Numbered from the stretch's first letter, positions 9,401 through 17,901 are shown. The stretch is 64,000 nt of DNA from Deltaproteobacteria bacterium (GCA_027023445.1 JALVVK010000012.1:1139-65138); one strand, 5' to 3'. The notes: generated by a model not told the origin, from the letters alone. Numbers and translations are program-made.

Positions 9401-10545
9401 ATGTGGCAAGCCTGTTGACAGGTATTGAAGATTCATTCAAGCTCGATTCCACTGACCCGACAAGTCCGGTTGACGCCATTATTGATGACAGTGGCCGTCT
9501 TGCGTTGATCAGTAAGGACGGCAGGCCCATATCCTTCCGGATAGATGCCATAAACGGGGATATCTCCGGACTGGATTTTGGCGTTCCCAACGCCGCGCCC
9601 GCCCAGATCAGCCATACGAACTTCACCACGGCAGCCGGCCCTCCTCCCACCTACGCGGATGGCACTACCCAGTGGGACGACATACTGGAACTGCCCCAGG
9701 GTGGTGCTGGTAATCCTGATTTTTCAGCCCAGTTCACTGTCAATTTTTCCGGAATAAATCAGGACGGGACGGCTTTCAGTGCGTCGTATGTTGGGAACAG
9801 CGGCGGGGTTGCCAATGATGTAAACAGCTTTCTCACGGCTATCGAAAGTGCCTTTGGAACGGATGCATCGGGTAACAATAGGGTGGACGCCACCATTGAC
9901 GATTCCGGTCGCATTTCGGTGGTCAGTAACGACGGAAGGCCTGTAAGTTTTAATATCGAGTCCATAGAACAGGGCGGCACGTCCTATTACGATTACTGGT
10001 TTGGTCCGTACCAGGGGCTTTATACCGTTAAGGTCGACGCGGATCATGACAGTCTGGCCGACATAGCCGGGCGTATTGACAGCATGTACAATCTTACCTC
10101 TTCGGCAGAAAATGGAAAAATAGTCGTCCAGACAGAGGGTAACAGCAAGAGGTTTGTTGCGGGAAGCGATACCTCATCTTTACTTTCCACCACGGACTTC
10201 AATACACCATCAGGCGGCCTTATGTCTCCTGCAAACAACCTGAATGCCCTTGCTTTAAGGGATGTCAACCGGAAGACGGTGGAGGATCTGGATGATGCGA
10301 CCATCAGCGAGGCCTACCAGGGCCTGGTGGGAACCGTTGGTATCCATTCGAGAGGCTTTAAGCTTGATTACGAGTTCAGCAAGAAGGCACTGGACGAACT
10401 TCAGGCACGGAGGGACGAGGTCTCCGGGGTGTCCCTGGATGAAGAGATGGCAAACCTGATCAAGTTTCAGCATGCCTACTCAGCCGCGGCCAAGCTTATA
10501 AAAACGGCTGATGATATGTTCAAGACCCTGTTAGAAACCAGGTAG
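6466..10545 (+). CDS. flgK: Flagellar hook-associated protein 1 (FlgK), giant 1359-aa form with repeated central domains
   Basis: The start is set at ATG 6466, giving 'MSGLTSLLNVAKVGLMAHQLNLQTTGHNVANVNTEGYSRQ'. The listed ORF start at 6322 lies inside flgN. The C-terminus 'LDEEMANLIKFQHAYSAAAKLIKTADDMFKTLLETR' is canonical. The central ~900 aa consist of repeated modules (see findings). Confidence 0.9.
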   Translation: MSGLTSLLNVAKVGLMAHQLNLQTTGHNVANVNTEGYSRQNVTLSAATPTPSAIGPIGNGVKATEITRDYDKFITTTLMGKTSTTAGLDTRQSSMKLIEQTLNEVDENGLNSLLSDFWNSWDDLANNAEGMSERTTLLQKSKLLVQGLRDRYNSLLKLSQDIDLNIQSSIDDINQLADQIAELNVQIVSSESSSYTANDLRDKRDELLKKLCKLTDVHYFETNRGTYTVLIGQGNPLVDADQSWHLEMRGDTINWLGSNGQAVELTTDDVGNGQLGGYMDIKDRISPKDPSTLTSSQVNTSSGRAIKGSTRWDAIDGVSVTGDFTIRFSGTDQDGLPVSSTFQYTYPGNPPPPNESNATVQDFLDAIESAYQDTSVVPPVDRVSASITDDGRIQIKDLVSGEQNITFQIDKIEGGIHGLNLGKFDGSYPLNYLGKLNLIGQELIKTVNAQHAQGVGLEPMQETTGTNYVPNLSEPIGRRSSGLKFASDIQNGQFELWLYDANGNIIDADPSTSSVNDPLVVPIQAEHTTLYDIRDAINNATMPLTGSSAGLKARILDGRLVIQASGDTSTAGFAFGRDTSGALMALGLNSFFTGYDASTIGINPKLQENQRLVAAAQVEPRGASEAMSTSVLQDETRPLGIKLESGNISIWAYDQNGNLVDGDSDQDGINPYVIKVDPTTMSLQDVVDSLNKIDGIEAEISNQKVNIRVTNDKWKGISFGPDTTGVLKYMGIDAVYPASVTPGATYEMVARNAVTDPSKALNTSGSGLSGYGSVTSGSFDLYVYDSTGNPVNLGASSFPPSATITVDSTPTLGEIVSAINGLPGGVVSASIGSDGRLVIASSAGNRVMLGNDSSGIVDALGLPSISSDISGLYSVDRVTESLNHFDSGITDGHFYLYNFDDQGNYLSEVARFSSANQDTSTGAAITESSLWNNISGVTNEDGTGAPGEFTIYYSGTRQDGTTFSGEYTGNSTTSPANTDVASLLTGIEDSFKLDSTDPTSPVDAIIDDSGRLALISKDGRPISFRIDAINGDISGLDFGVPNAAPAQISHTNFTTAAGPPPTYADGTTQWDDILELPQGGAGNPDFSAQFTVNFSGINQDGTAFSASYVGNSGGVANDVNSFLTAIESAFGTDASGNNRVDATIDDSGRISVVSNDGRPVSFNIESIEQGGTSYYDYWFGPYQGLYTVKVDADHDSLADIAGRIDSMYNLTSSAENGKIVVQTEGNSKRFVAGSDTSSLLSTTDFNTPSGGLMSPANNLNALALRDVNRKTVEDLDDATISEAYQGLVGTVGIHSRGFKLDYEFSKKALDELQARRDEVSGVSLDEEMANLIKFQHAYSAAAKLIKTADDMFKTLLETR

Positions 10546-10583
10546 TGTGGGCTCCTGTAATTCTTGATATATGGAGGTAAGAC

Positions 10584-11483
10584 ATGCGTATTACCATGAA
10601 CAGTATGTATAACCAGATAAATACGGACCTGTCCCGCCTTGTGGAAAAACAGGCGGAGACCAACGCCTCCATTTCCTCAGGTAAGATATACCGCCGCCCG
10701 TCTGACGAGCCCGTGGCGTTGACCCACGCGCTTAATGTGAGGGATTCCATTTCAGAAACGGATCAGTTTCAGAGAAACATCAAATATGGTCAGGGTTGGG
10801 TCAGGGCAACCGAAAGCGCCATGACGCAGATTCAGGACCGGATCATGAAGGCCAAGTCGTTGGCAGTAGAGGCGGCCAATGACAGCCAGAACGCCCAGAG
10901 CAGGGATGCGATAGCCTCGGAGATAGAGGCCATACAGAAGGAGATAGTGGCTTTGGGCAACACCAAGATGGGAAACAGGTATGTTTTTGGCGGCACAAGG
11001 ACCAGGGATTACGGGGATGGAGAGGCGCCCTTTGTGCTGAACGGGGATGGTTCTGTCACGTACAACGGGAACCGGGAAGATCTGGAAATTTCCGTGGCCT
11101 CCGGCATCAGGCAGAAAATAAACCTGGACGGCCATACCGCCATGGTCCAGAGTGGCGTTTTCGAGGCACTGGATCTTTTGCGTGACAGCCTTCGGTCCAA
11201 CAGCCAGCAGGATATTGAGACCGCCCTGGGAGACATAGACCAGAGTCTTGATTATGTTAACCAGCAGGTGTCCCAGCTTGGAGCTCTGGCCAATTCCATG
11301 GATACCAAGGACCAGATGGCCCAGTCCCTTAACCTTACCAACAAGGAACGTCTTTCTGATATTGAGGATACGGACATCATTGAGGCCGTAAACAATCTCA
11401 AGGCCCAGGAAACCAGTTACCAGGCAGCCCTCGCATCGGCATCCAAGGTCATGAATTTGAGTCTCGTGGATTATATCCGATAG
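10584..11483 (+). CDS. flgL: Flagellar hook-associated protein 3 (FlgL)
   Basis: Flagellin-type N-terminus 'MRITMNSMYNQINTDLSRL..SSGKIYRRPSDEPV' and C-terminus 'DTDIIEAVNNLKAQETSYQAALASASKVMNLSLVDYI'. GGAGG RBS upstream. Confidence 0.9.
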   Translation: MRITMNSMYNQINTDLSRLVEKQAETNASISSGKIYRRPSDEPVALTHALNVRDSISETDQFQRNIKYGQGWVRATESAMTQIQDRIMKAKSLAVEAANDSQNAQSRDAIASEIEAIQKEIVALGNTKMGNRYVFGGTRTRDYGDGEAPFVLNGDGSVTYNGNREDLEISVASGIRQKINLDGHTAMVQSGVFEALDLLRDSLRSNSQQDIETALGDIDQSLDYVNQQVSQLGALANSMDTKDQMAQSLNLTNKERLSDIEDTDIIEAVNNLKAQETSYQAALASASKVMNLSLVDYIR

Positions 11484-11513
11484 GAATAAAAAGGCAGCCA
11501 TGGAGGGCACAAC

Positions 11514-11735
11514 ATGCTTATTCTTACCAGGAAGGTAGGGGAAAAAATCCGCATTGGTGAAGAAATCGAAATCTCCGTGCTGGAGATAAAGGGCCGCCAG
11601 GCCAGGATAGGGATCAAGGCCCCCTCCGGCCTTCCCGTACACAGGGAAGAGGTTTTTAAAAAAATTCAGGAGCAGAACCTGAAGGCCGCCAGGGGAACTG
11701 GCACGGAGATCGATCTGGACATCATTCCTTTGTAG
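11514..11735 (+). CDS. csrA: Carbon storage regulator CsrA (flagellar-type)
   Basis: 'MLILTRKVGEKIRIGEEIEISVLEIKGRQARIGIKAPSGLPVHREEV' is the canonical CsrA sequence. Confidence 0.95.
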   Translation: MLILTRKVGEKIRIGEEIEISVLEIKGRQARIGIKAPSGLPVHREEVFKKIQEQNLKAARGTGTEIDLDIIPL

Positions 11736-11775
11736 GAATCCTGGACGATATTTGTTATCAACGAGGCGTTTTTTT

Positions 11776-12264
11776 ATGGAAATTACCACCACCCGATTCG
11801 GCAAGATTCACATAGAGGATGACAGAATCCTCAATTTCGTGCATGAAATTCTGGGCTTTCCTGAATCCAGGCGATTTGTGCTGCTGCCTCATAAAGAGGC
11901 GTCTCCTCTCTACTGGCTTCAGAGCCTGGATCAGCCGGATCTGGCGTTCGTGGTGGTGCGGCCGGAGACCTTTCTGTCCGACTATTCATTTGATCTGCCG
12001 GAAGACATTCAGTCAGAACTGAAGATTGAGCGGGCTGAAGACGCTGTCGTGCTGGTGTTGCTCACCATAGAAAGACGCAATGATTCAACGAATGTCACGG
12101 CTAACCTGCTGGGACCGGTGGTAATAAATGAGAGGCATCGGCTGGCCTCCCAGGTGGTTCTGAATCCCAACAAATACCCGGTACAGTTTCCGGTTACCTC
12201 CTCAACAGGGCGTTCTTCCCGTAAGAGACAGGGGGGGCAGGTTCAGAAGGCCGCCGGTGCTTAA
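11776..12264 (+). CDS. fliW: Flagellar assembly factor FliW (CsrA antagonist)
   Basis: 'ITTTRFGKIHIEDDRILNFVHEILGFPESRRFVLLPH..SPLYWLQSLD' is a typical FliW sequence. Start set at ATG 11776 rather than TTG 11752. Confidence 0.9.
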   Translation: MEITTTRFGKIHIEDDRILNFVHEILGFPESRRFVLLPHKEASPLYWLQSLDQPDLAFVVVRPETFLSDYSFDLPEDIQSELKIERAEDAVVLVLLTIERRNDSTNVTANLLGPVVINERHRLASQVVLNPNKYPVQFPVTSSTGRSSRKRQGGQVQKAAGA

Positions 12265-14909
12265 TGCAGGATTCTTTCTTCCCCTGGAGGATTTCCCGTG
12301 CCGTCGAATGAAATTCTGTCCATGAACCGGGCTTGGCGGTCCGCAAAGGATCTGGCGCGGTCAAGCACTGCGGCCACGTCCACGATCAGCGCCACGGATC
12401 CGTCTCCCAGCACGGTTGAGCCGGAGAAGCCCGGCTGGTTAGTCAGATATTCTGCCAGGGGTTTTATGACCACCTCCTGCTGGCCCAGCAGCCTGTCCAC
12501 GCCAAGACCCGCCTCAGTGCCTCCGTGATTGACTATGACCACAAAGACCTTTTCTTTGTTCACGTCGGCGCCCGTTCCCCTGAATATCTTGCCCAGTCGT
12601 ATGAGCGGCATGGTTTTTTGCCGCACCGAGATAACCTCAAAGCCTTCTACAGAGCCAATGTCATCGGAGGTGAGTCTCACCGCCTCCTGAACCCCTGATA
12701 GCGGGATAGCCATGTTCTGCTTCCCTACCCGTACCAGAAGGGCCTGGATGATTGCCAGGGTAAGCGGTACCCGCAGCTCCATGGTTGTGCCGTGTCCCGT
12801 TTCGGAAAAGATCTTTATTACTCCTCCGAGGCGCTGGATGTTTTTCTTTACCACATCCATTCCAACACCCCTGCCGGATGTCTCTGAAACCGTCTCGGAG
12901 GTGCTTATTCCAGGATAAAAGATGAGTTCCCAGATTTTTTCTTCACTGAGTGATTGAGCCTCTTCCCTGCTCATCAACCCGAGGGATACGGCTTTTTGTG
13001 TCAGTGCTTCTCGGTTTAGGCCACGGCCGTCATCAGTAACACGGATAAGCACAAAGTTGCCCTCCTGGGAGGCTGAAATTTCCAGCCGTCCGATTTCGTT
13101 TTTCCCCATGCGTGCTCGTATTTCAGGGGGTTCAATCCCATGATCAACGGCATTTCTGACTATGTGAAGCAGGGGATCGGCAACCTGTTCCATCATGCGC
13201 TTGTCCAGGCTTGTATCTGTGCCTGCCATTACAAGCTCAACTTTTCTGCCCAGTTTCCTGGAAAGATCCCTGACTATCCTGGGATAGCGGTTGAACAGGT
13301 GGCTTACAGGCAGCATGCGCATGTTCATGACCCGGTCCTGAAGGTCCCTGACCGTCCTTTCAAGAGCGTCCACCTGTTCCCCCATTCGTATGAAGAGGTT
13401 TTTCAACGGTTTTAGTTTCCTTGCCCCCATTATGCGCTGGTCCATCCATTCCCTGTATAACAGCCTGGTTTCTTCTGCCATTTTTGTAAGGGAGGATTTG
13501 ATTACTACAAGATCTCCCACGTCACCCAGAAGATCTTCCAGTTTGTCCAGGTCAATGCGTACGGTCTGCGCCTGGAATATTTCCGGGGCCGTCGTCTTCC
13601 CCGGCGCTGTTTCCGTCTCCGGTCTCTTCATGCCAGGTGATTCATCGCCTGGATCTTTGGCCCGGGGTATTTCTTCGGGAACTTCTCCAAAAAAGTTGTC
13701 GATGGCATTATCAAGATCATCAATAATGGTAGACGCCTGGTCAGGCTTCTCCTCAGCAGGCATGCCCACATCAGGACCGGATTCAAGTCCTGGCAGGATG
13801 GCCTGCAGGCCAGACCACATTTTTTTGAGCGGTGCCGGATCAAAGCCACCTCCCTTGCCCTCAGAGGACAGTGCCTCGGTGAGTCGTTCCTCCCATTCAT
13901 TCAACAGGCTGACCACGTCATCATAGTCCATGTAATGGGCAGAGCTTTTCAGCTTTTCAATGGCATCCTGACATCTGATGGCCCAGTCCCGTTGAAAATT
14001 TTCAGGAATGTTCGCAAGGGGACCGGAGATTTCCCTGGCAAAATCAAGAAAAATTTCATAAAGTTCCCTGTCTTCTTCCCTGAGTTCCCCTGGCGCGGGC
14101 TGGTCGGCTTTTCCTGGTTCCTCTTTTACCTGTACAGGTTCAATTATTCCCTTGAGAAGGCCGTTCAACCTGTTCAGAAAGTCCGACGGTACAGGTGCTT
14201 GAGGGCTTGATTCCAGTTGCTGTCTCAATCCGGCAAGCCCTTTTAACAGTTCTTCTATGCCCACGTAATGGGTTACCCTTTCCATGTCCCTTACGGTTGC
14301 GACCAGTGCTTCAGCCTTCACCTCCGGCTCTCGTATGATCTGGAGAACCCTGGAATACAGGGCGTTCATCTCCTCCGTGTATATGGAATAGAGTTCCTGG
14401 TCCTCATCGGGTTCCTCGGCCGGAGAATATGCGGCAGGGTCTTCAGGCTTCCCGGGCGTGTTGTCAGTTTTGACCGCAGTGGCTTTTTCGCTGTCTTCAG
14501 GCATGTTCCCGGATGGTTTTTCCTGTGTCCCTGTTAATGCGGCAAGGGCGTCTGTCAGGGCGGTTATATCTGTGTTTTCATCTTTAGTGGAGGCTATTTC
14601 CCCTAAGAGCTGCTTCAGCAGGTCAACTCCCTGGAATATCATGTCCATGATTTCAGGAGTAAGCTCCATGTCTCCGGACCGTATTTTGTGGAAAAGGTTT
14701 TCCATTGCGTGGGAGAGTGTGGCAGTTCGGTCAAGCCCCATGTATCCGGCGGCGCCCTTTATGCTGTGCAGGTTCCGGAAACAGTCGTTAAGAAGGTTCG
14801 TGTTGTCCGGGGTCTGCTCAAGCAGCAGGAGATTTGGTTCCAGTTCCTCCAGGTTTTCCCTGGTTTCCACAACGAAGTCTTGCCACATTTCCTGGTCAAA
14901 GTCGCTCAT
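12261..14909 (-). CDS. cheA: Chemotaxis histidine kinase CheA (882 aa, extended N-terminal region)
   Basis: Hpt motif 'FRNLHSIKGAAGYMGL'. Dimerisation segment 'TVRIDLDKLEDLLGDVGDLVV'. HATPase motifs 'HIVRNAVDHGIE', 'DDGRGL', 'GRGVGMDVV'. C-terminal CheW-like domain '..VLGDGSVALIVDVAAVL'. Confidence 0.95.
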   Translation of the reverse strand: MSDFDQEMWQDFVVETRENLEELEPNLLLLEQTPDNTNLLNDCFRNLHSIKGAAGYMGLDRTATLSHAMENLFHKIRSGDMELTPEIMDMIFQGVDLLKQLLGEIASTKDENTDITALTDALAALTGTQEKPSGNMPEDSEKATAVKTDNTPGKPEDPAAYSPAEEPDEDQELYSIYTEEMNALYSRVLQIIREPEVKAEALVATVRDMERVTHYVGIEELLKGLAGLRQQLESSPQAPVPSDFLNRLNGLLKGIIEPVQVKEEPGKADQPAPGELREEDRELYEIFLDFAREISGPLANIPENFQRDWAIRCQDAIEKLKSSAHYMDYDDVVSLLNEWEERLTEALSSEGKGGGFDPAPLKKMWSGLQAILPGLESGPDVGMPAEEKPDQASTIIDDLDNAIDNFFGEVPEEIPRAKDPGDESPGMKRPETETAPGKTTAPEIFQAQTVRIDLDKLEDLLGDVGDLVVIKSSLTKMAEETRLLYREWMDQRIMGARKLKPLKNLFIRMGEQVDALERTVRDLQDRVMNMRMLPVSHLFNRYPRIVRDLSRKLGRKVELVMAGTDTSLDKRMMEQVADPLLHIVRNAVDHGIEPPEIRARMGKNEIGRLEISASQEGNFVLIRVTDDGRGLNREALTQKAVSLGLMSREEAQSLSEEKIWELIFYPGISTSETVSETSGRGVGMDVVKKNIQRLGGVIKIFSETGHGTTMELRVPLTLAIIQALLVRVGKQNMAIPLSGVQEAVRLTSDDIGSVEGFEVISVRQKTMPLIRLGKIFRGTGADVNKEKVFVVIVNHGGTEAGLGVDRLLGQQEVVIKPLAEYLTNQPGFSGSTVLGDGSVALIVDVAAVLDRARSFADRQARFMDRISFDGTGNPPGEERILH

Positions 14910-14913
14910 GTTT

Positions 14914-15300
14914 TTATCCTTGTATCAGATTCAACAGGCCATTGTGTTCATTTTTCCTTATGAAGCCAAGGGCATTCAGTTCCTTGACCTGCCGGACAAT
15001 TTCAGGGTCGGTCATGAGACTCATGAAAATTATCCTTGCCCCCGGGTCCCATGCCTTGATAAGCCTGGCCCCGGTTATGCCGTCTGTGCCCCGCATGGTA
15101 ATATCCATGATTACATAATCCGGATGACATTTTTTATAGAGTTCATAGCCTTCGGACCCATCCGCGGCCTGTCCGGCGACCAGGTGTCCGGCTTTTTCAA
15201 GGACGCTTATGATCCTTTTCCTCATAAAACTGGAATCATCTACCACCAATACCCTTGACACGGTTCCATCCTTTAAAATTTTTGTCAGGAGGTGTTTCAC
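14914..15300 (-). CDS. cheY: CheY-like single-domain response regulator
   Basis: 128 aa. 'VLVVDDSSFMRK' and 'DYVIMDITMRGTDG' are receiver-domain motifs with the acceptor Asp in place. There is a 4-nt overlap with the upstream gene and a 4-nt gap to cheA. Confidence 0.85.
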   Translation of the reverse strand: MKHLLTKILKDGTVSRVLVVDDSSFMRKRIISVLEKAGHLVAGQAADGSEGYELYKKCHPDYVIMDITMRGTDGITGARLIKAWDPGARIIFMSLMTDPEIVRQVKELNALGFIRKNEHNGLLNLIQG

Positions 15301-16751
15301 ACCATAAAATGAAGGCCATTTAAAAGTTCTGTCCTCAGAATTTCCTCGTAAGAGTCGATTTCCGGCAAAATATCCTCGACTTTTCCCGGTTCCAGGAATC
15401 CGTCCGAAAGGCCGGATTCCAGCACAGCTTCAAGAGGCGCCGGATGGAGACATGTTTCCGGTTTCTGCACATAGACCCTGCCCCGTTTCTTCCTTACCGC
15501 AGCAAGGCCTTCCCGCGCGACATCTGCTCCGGACAGCAATATTACATAAAGGCCCGGGCCAAAAAAATCGGCCGCTCCGGACAGCAGGTTTTCAATGTCC
15601 AGAGGACTTTTTCCACCCGGAGTCTGCTGGATCACGCATTCTCCAGGGGTTCCGGTCAACTCGAAACAACGGTCCATCCCGGCCAGCCAGCATACACCCT
15701 GGGCCAGAAGACCCGGGTCCTTTATTTCAGCCACGGTTCCCCTGCAAACGCTGTTCAGGTATTCTGCCACCGGGGATGTCAGGTCTGTGTCCATGTCCTG
15801 TATCATCAGGCAGGCGTAATTTCCTTTGCTGAACACCCTTGGAAGAAGTTTCTGTATTTCCAGCAGCCCCCCTGCCCCTCCGATTATAATCAACAGGTGT
15901 CGGGATGGCGGTCCGGGAGAGGATTTTCGGGAGACCGGCCTGAGGGTTCTGGCCCTGCGGATATTTTTTATTTTAAGCTCTTTTGTCAGAGTCGCGTATT
16001 TTGCGATTCTTTTTGAGGTCTTTTCCCACGCGGCATCGTCCCGGGGCTTGGGAACGAAATCAACGGCTCCAAGACGCATGAAATCCATTATTAACGGCAG
16101 GTTGCTTTCAGACAGGCCGCTTATAAGCAGGACAGGAGCGGGTGACCTTATCATGATGTGTTTCAGTGTGAGGTCCCCTGCCATGACCGGCATGTTTATG
16201 TCCAGGGTGACAAGATCAGGGACATCATCCTGGATCAGCACAAGGGCCTCCTGTCCGTTTGATGCCTGGCCTATGACCTCTATGTGGTCCATGGATTCAA
16301 AGGTGCGACGGAGAGTCTTGCAGAAAAATGGGGAGTCATCCACTATCAGCACCCTGACCGGAGGCCGCCCTGTGTACCCGGTTTCCTGCTCGTTGTTCCC
16401 TTCATCCATGCGCCTCAGGGCCTCCATGACCAGAAAATTCCACGGCATTTCTATGGTCTGACTGTCTGTCCCTTCCTGGTTAAGGATAAAGGTGCCAGAG
16501 TTCCATTTCATGATGGAAAAAAAGGCCTCTGTCCCCGTATCCTCAGGAGAAACCGCGTGAACTACCTGACCGTTACTGAAATAGATTTTGCCCTGTTTTC
16601 TCCCATGTCGGATCAGGAGCCTCCTGTCTCTTCCTTCAAGGCATATGAACTGGATGAGTTCGGCCAGGGGTACCTGCTCCAAGACCCCGCTGAAACCATG
16701 CTCCGGTTCTTTAATGGAGTTTAAGCTCGGTTTAAGGGGGAACGAGGCCAT
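15297..16751 (-). CDS. DUF4388 (PATAN-like) + receiver + CheB-like domain protein (CheB-like 1, catalytic motifs degenerate)
   Basis: The N-terminus 'LAELIQFICLEGRDRRLLIRHGRKQGKIYFSNGQVVHAVS..GTEAFFSIMKWNSGTFIL' fits the DUF4388 pattern. REC motifs are 'VLIVDDSPF' and 'VTLDINMPVMAG'. The C-terminal domain is CheB-like, but it carries 'IGGAGGL', 'IQDMDTD' and 'LSGADVA' where CheB has GASTGG, QHMP and GMGxDG. Confidence 0.8.
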   Translation of the reverse strand: MASFPLKPSLNSIKEPEHGFSGVLEQVPLAELIQFICLEGRDRRLLIRHGRKQGKIYFSNGQVVHAVSPEDTGTEAFFSIMKWNSGTFILNQEGTDSQTIEMPWNFLVMEALRRMDEGNNEQETGYTGRPPVRVLIVDDSPFFCKTLRRTFESMDHIEVIGQASNGQEALVLIQDDVPDLVTLDINMPVMAGDLTLKHIMIRSPAPVLLISGLSESNLPLIMDFMRLGAVDFVPKPRDDAAWEKTSKRIAKYATLTKELKIKNIRRARTLRPVSRKSSPGPPSRHLLIIIGGAGGLLEIQKLLPRVFSKGNYACLMIQDMDTDLTSPVAEYLNSVCRGTVAEIKDPGLLAQGVCWLAGMDRCFELTGTPGECVIQQTPGGKSPLDIENLLSGAADFFGPGLYVILLSGADVAREGLAAVRKKRGRVYVQKPETCLHPAPLEAVLESGLSDGFLEPGKVEDILPEIDSYEEILRTELLNGLHFMV

Positions 16752-16755
16752 GGAA

Positions 16756-17856
16756 TTATTCCTTTCCCGTGCAGCGCCACAGCGATATGTGTTTTGATAA
16801 TTCTGAGGGGCTGTATGCCTTCACTCCAAGGTTTTCAATAATAAATCTGGGTAGTTCAGGTGACAGGCAGGTCTCCGGGGTCTGGGCCAGGATACAACCC
16901 TCATTTCTGATGACTTCTCTGGCCCCCGTCAGCCCTTTGTGTCCATCTCCCGAAAGGAAAATTGTCAGGGCGTCGTTACCCAGTACCTCGCTTGCGGAGA
17001 GCAGTAGAAGATCTATGGCGCCCTCTTCCTTCGAAAGATCGGTTCTTGGGGTCAGGTGCATGTAAAGGCTGTCTCCCTCTCTTTCTATGTGGGCGGCCTC
17101 ATCCTCACTTTTAAGGTAGATATGGCCTGCCTTCAGCCTTTGCCTGTTTCTTGCCCTCAGTGTCTTGAGCGGCGCGTAGCCTTTCAGGTATTCCGTGAAG
17201 GCATCCAGGTATCTGCCCTGAATCCCCATGGATATGATCAGGCTGGGCCTGAGATCCGGGGAAAGATTGGGAACCAGAGAAAGCAGAGCTGCGTATCCAC
17301 CAACAGAGGCATATATGATTACGGCGCACCGGGCGTCTTCCGCCTGTGCCTCAGATTCCACCTTCAATGTGTCCGTACCGGGTTTCAGGCGAAGATATCT
17401 TGCGGCTTCCAGGTGGACACGAGCGGCACGTTTCGCCTTTATCCTGAGAATGTCTGCCTGTTTCTCCAGGTCTTCACCTTCCTGATGGGAAGGCTTTTTG
17501 AAAAAATCCACCGCGCCGTAACGCAAGGCCTCAAATGTGACTTTTGACCCATCTGCGGTAAAGGCGCTTACCATGAGAGTTGGTATGGGATGCCGGATCA
17601 TTATGTGTTTTAATACCGTAAGCCCATTCATTCCGGGCATGTGCACATCCAGCGTGCACAGATCGCAGTGATTTGATGACAGGAAGGAAAGCGCCTCCCT
17701 GCCACTGAGCGCATAACCCAGGACCTCAATATCCGGGTCGTTGCCAAGAATTTTTTTCATGATTCTGCACATCATCGGGGAATCGTCCACGATAAAGGCC
17801 TTTATCCTGGATTTGCCTTCTCCTGGATGAGTGGAGTTAATTTGCTGGCTTGTCAT
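16756..17856 (-). CDS. Receiver + CheB-like domain protein (CheB-like 2)
   Basis: REC motifs 'AFIVDDSPMMCR' and 'CTLDVHMPGMNG'. The CheB-like domain has 'YASVGGY' (Ser kept), 'ISMGIQGR' (His position not conserved) and 'LSGDGHKG'. Confidence 0.8.
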   Translation of the reverse strand: MTSQQINSTHPGEGKSRIKAFIVDDSPMMCRIMKKILGNDPDIEVLGYALSGREALSFLSSNHCDLCTLDVHMPGMNGLTVLKHIMIRHPIPTLMVSAFTADGSKVTFEALRYGAVDFFKKPSHQEGEDLEKQADILRIKAKRAARVHLEAARYLRLKPGTDTLKVESEAQAEDARCAVIIYASVGGYAALLSLVPNLSPDLRPSLIISMGIQGRYLDAFTEYLKGYAPLKTLRARNRQRLKAGHIYLKSEDEAAHIEREGDSLYMHLTPRTDLSKEEGAIDLLLLSASEVLGNDALTIFLSGDGHKGLTGAREVIRNEGCILAQTPETCLSPELPRFIIENLGVKAYSPSELSKHISLWRCTGKE

Positions 17857-17901
17857 ATATTCACCCTTGATGTCCCTGGAAAAGTCTTCTTCACGTAAAG
17901 G

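Noticed and set aside
11457-11483. Sigma-28-like motif at the 3' end of flgL, upstream of csrA (ttgagtct-N11-tccgatag)
   Set aside because: It matches only 5/8 and 6/8 and lies inside coding sequence. That is too weak to call without TSS data.
10752-11804. 350-aa minus-strand ORF covering flgL, csrA and the start of fliW
   Set aside because: It is antisense to three genes with unmistakable conserved motifs. The translated sequence is low-complexity with no recognisable family. It is a typical shadow ORF.
14458-15258. 266-aa + strand ORF overlapping cheA and cheY
   Set aside because: It is antisense to well-supported che genes and has no recognisable domain.
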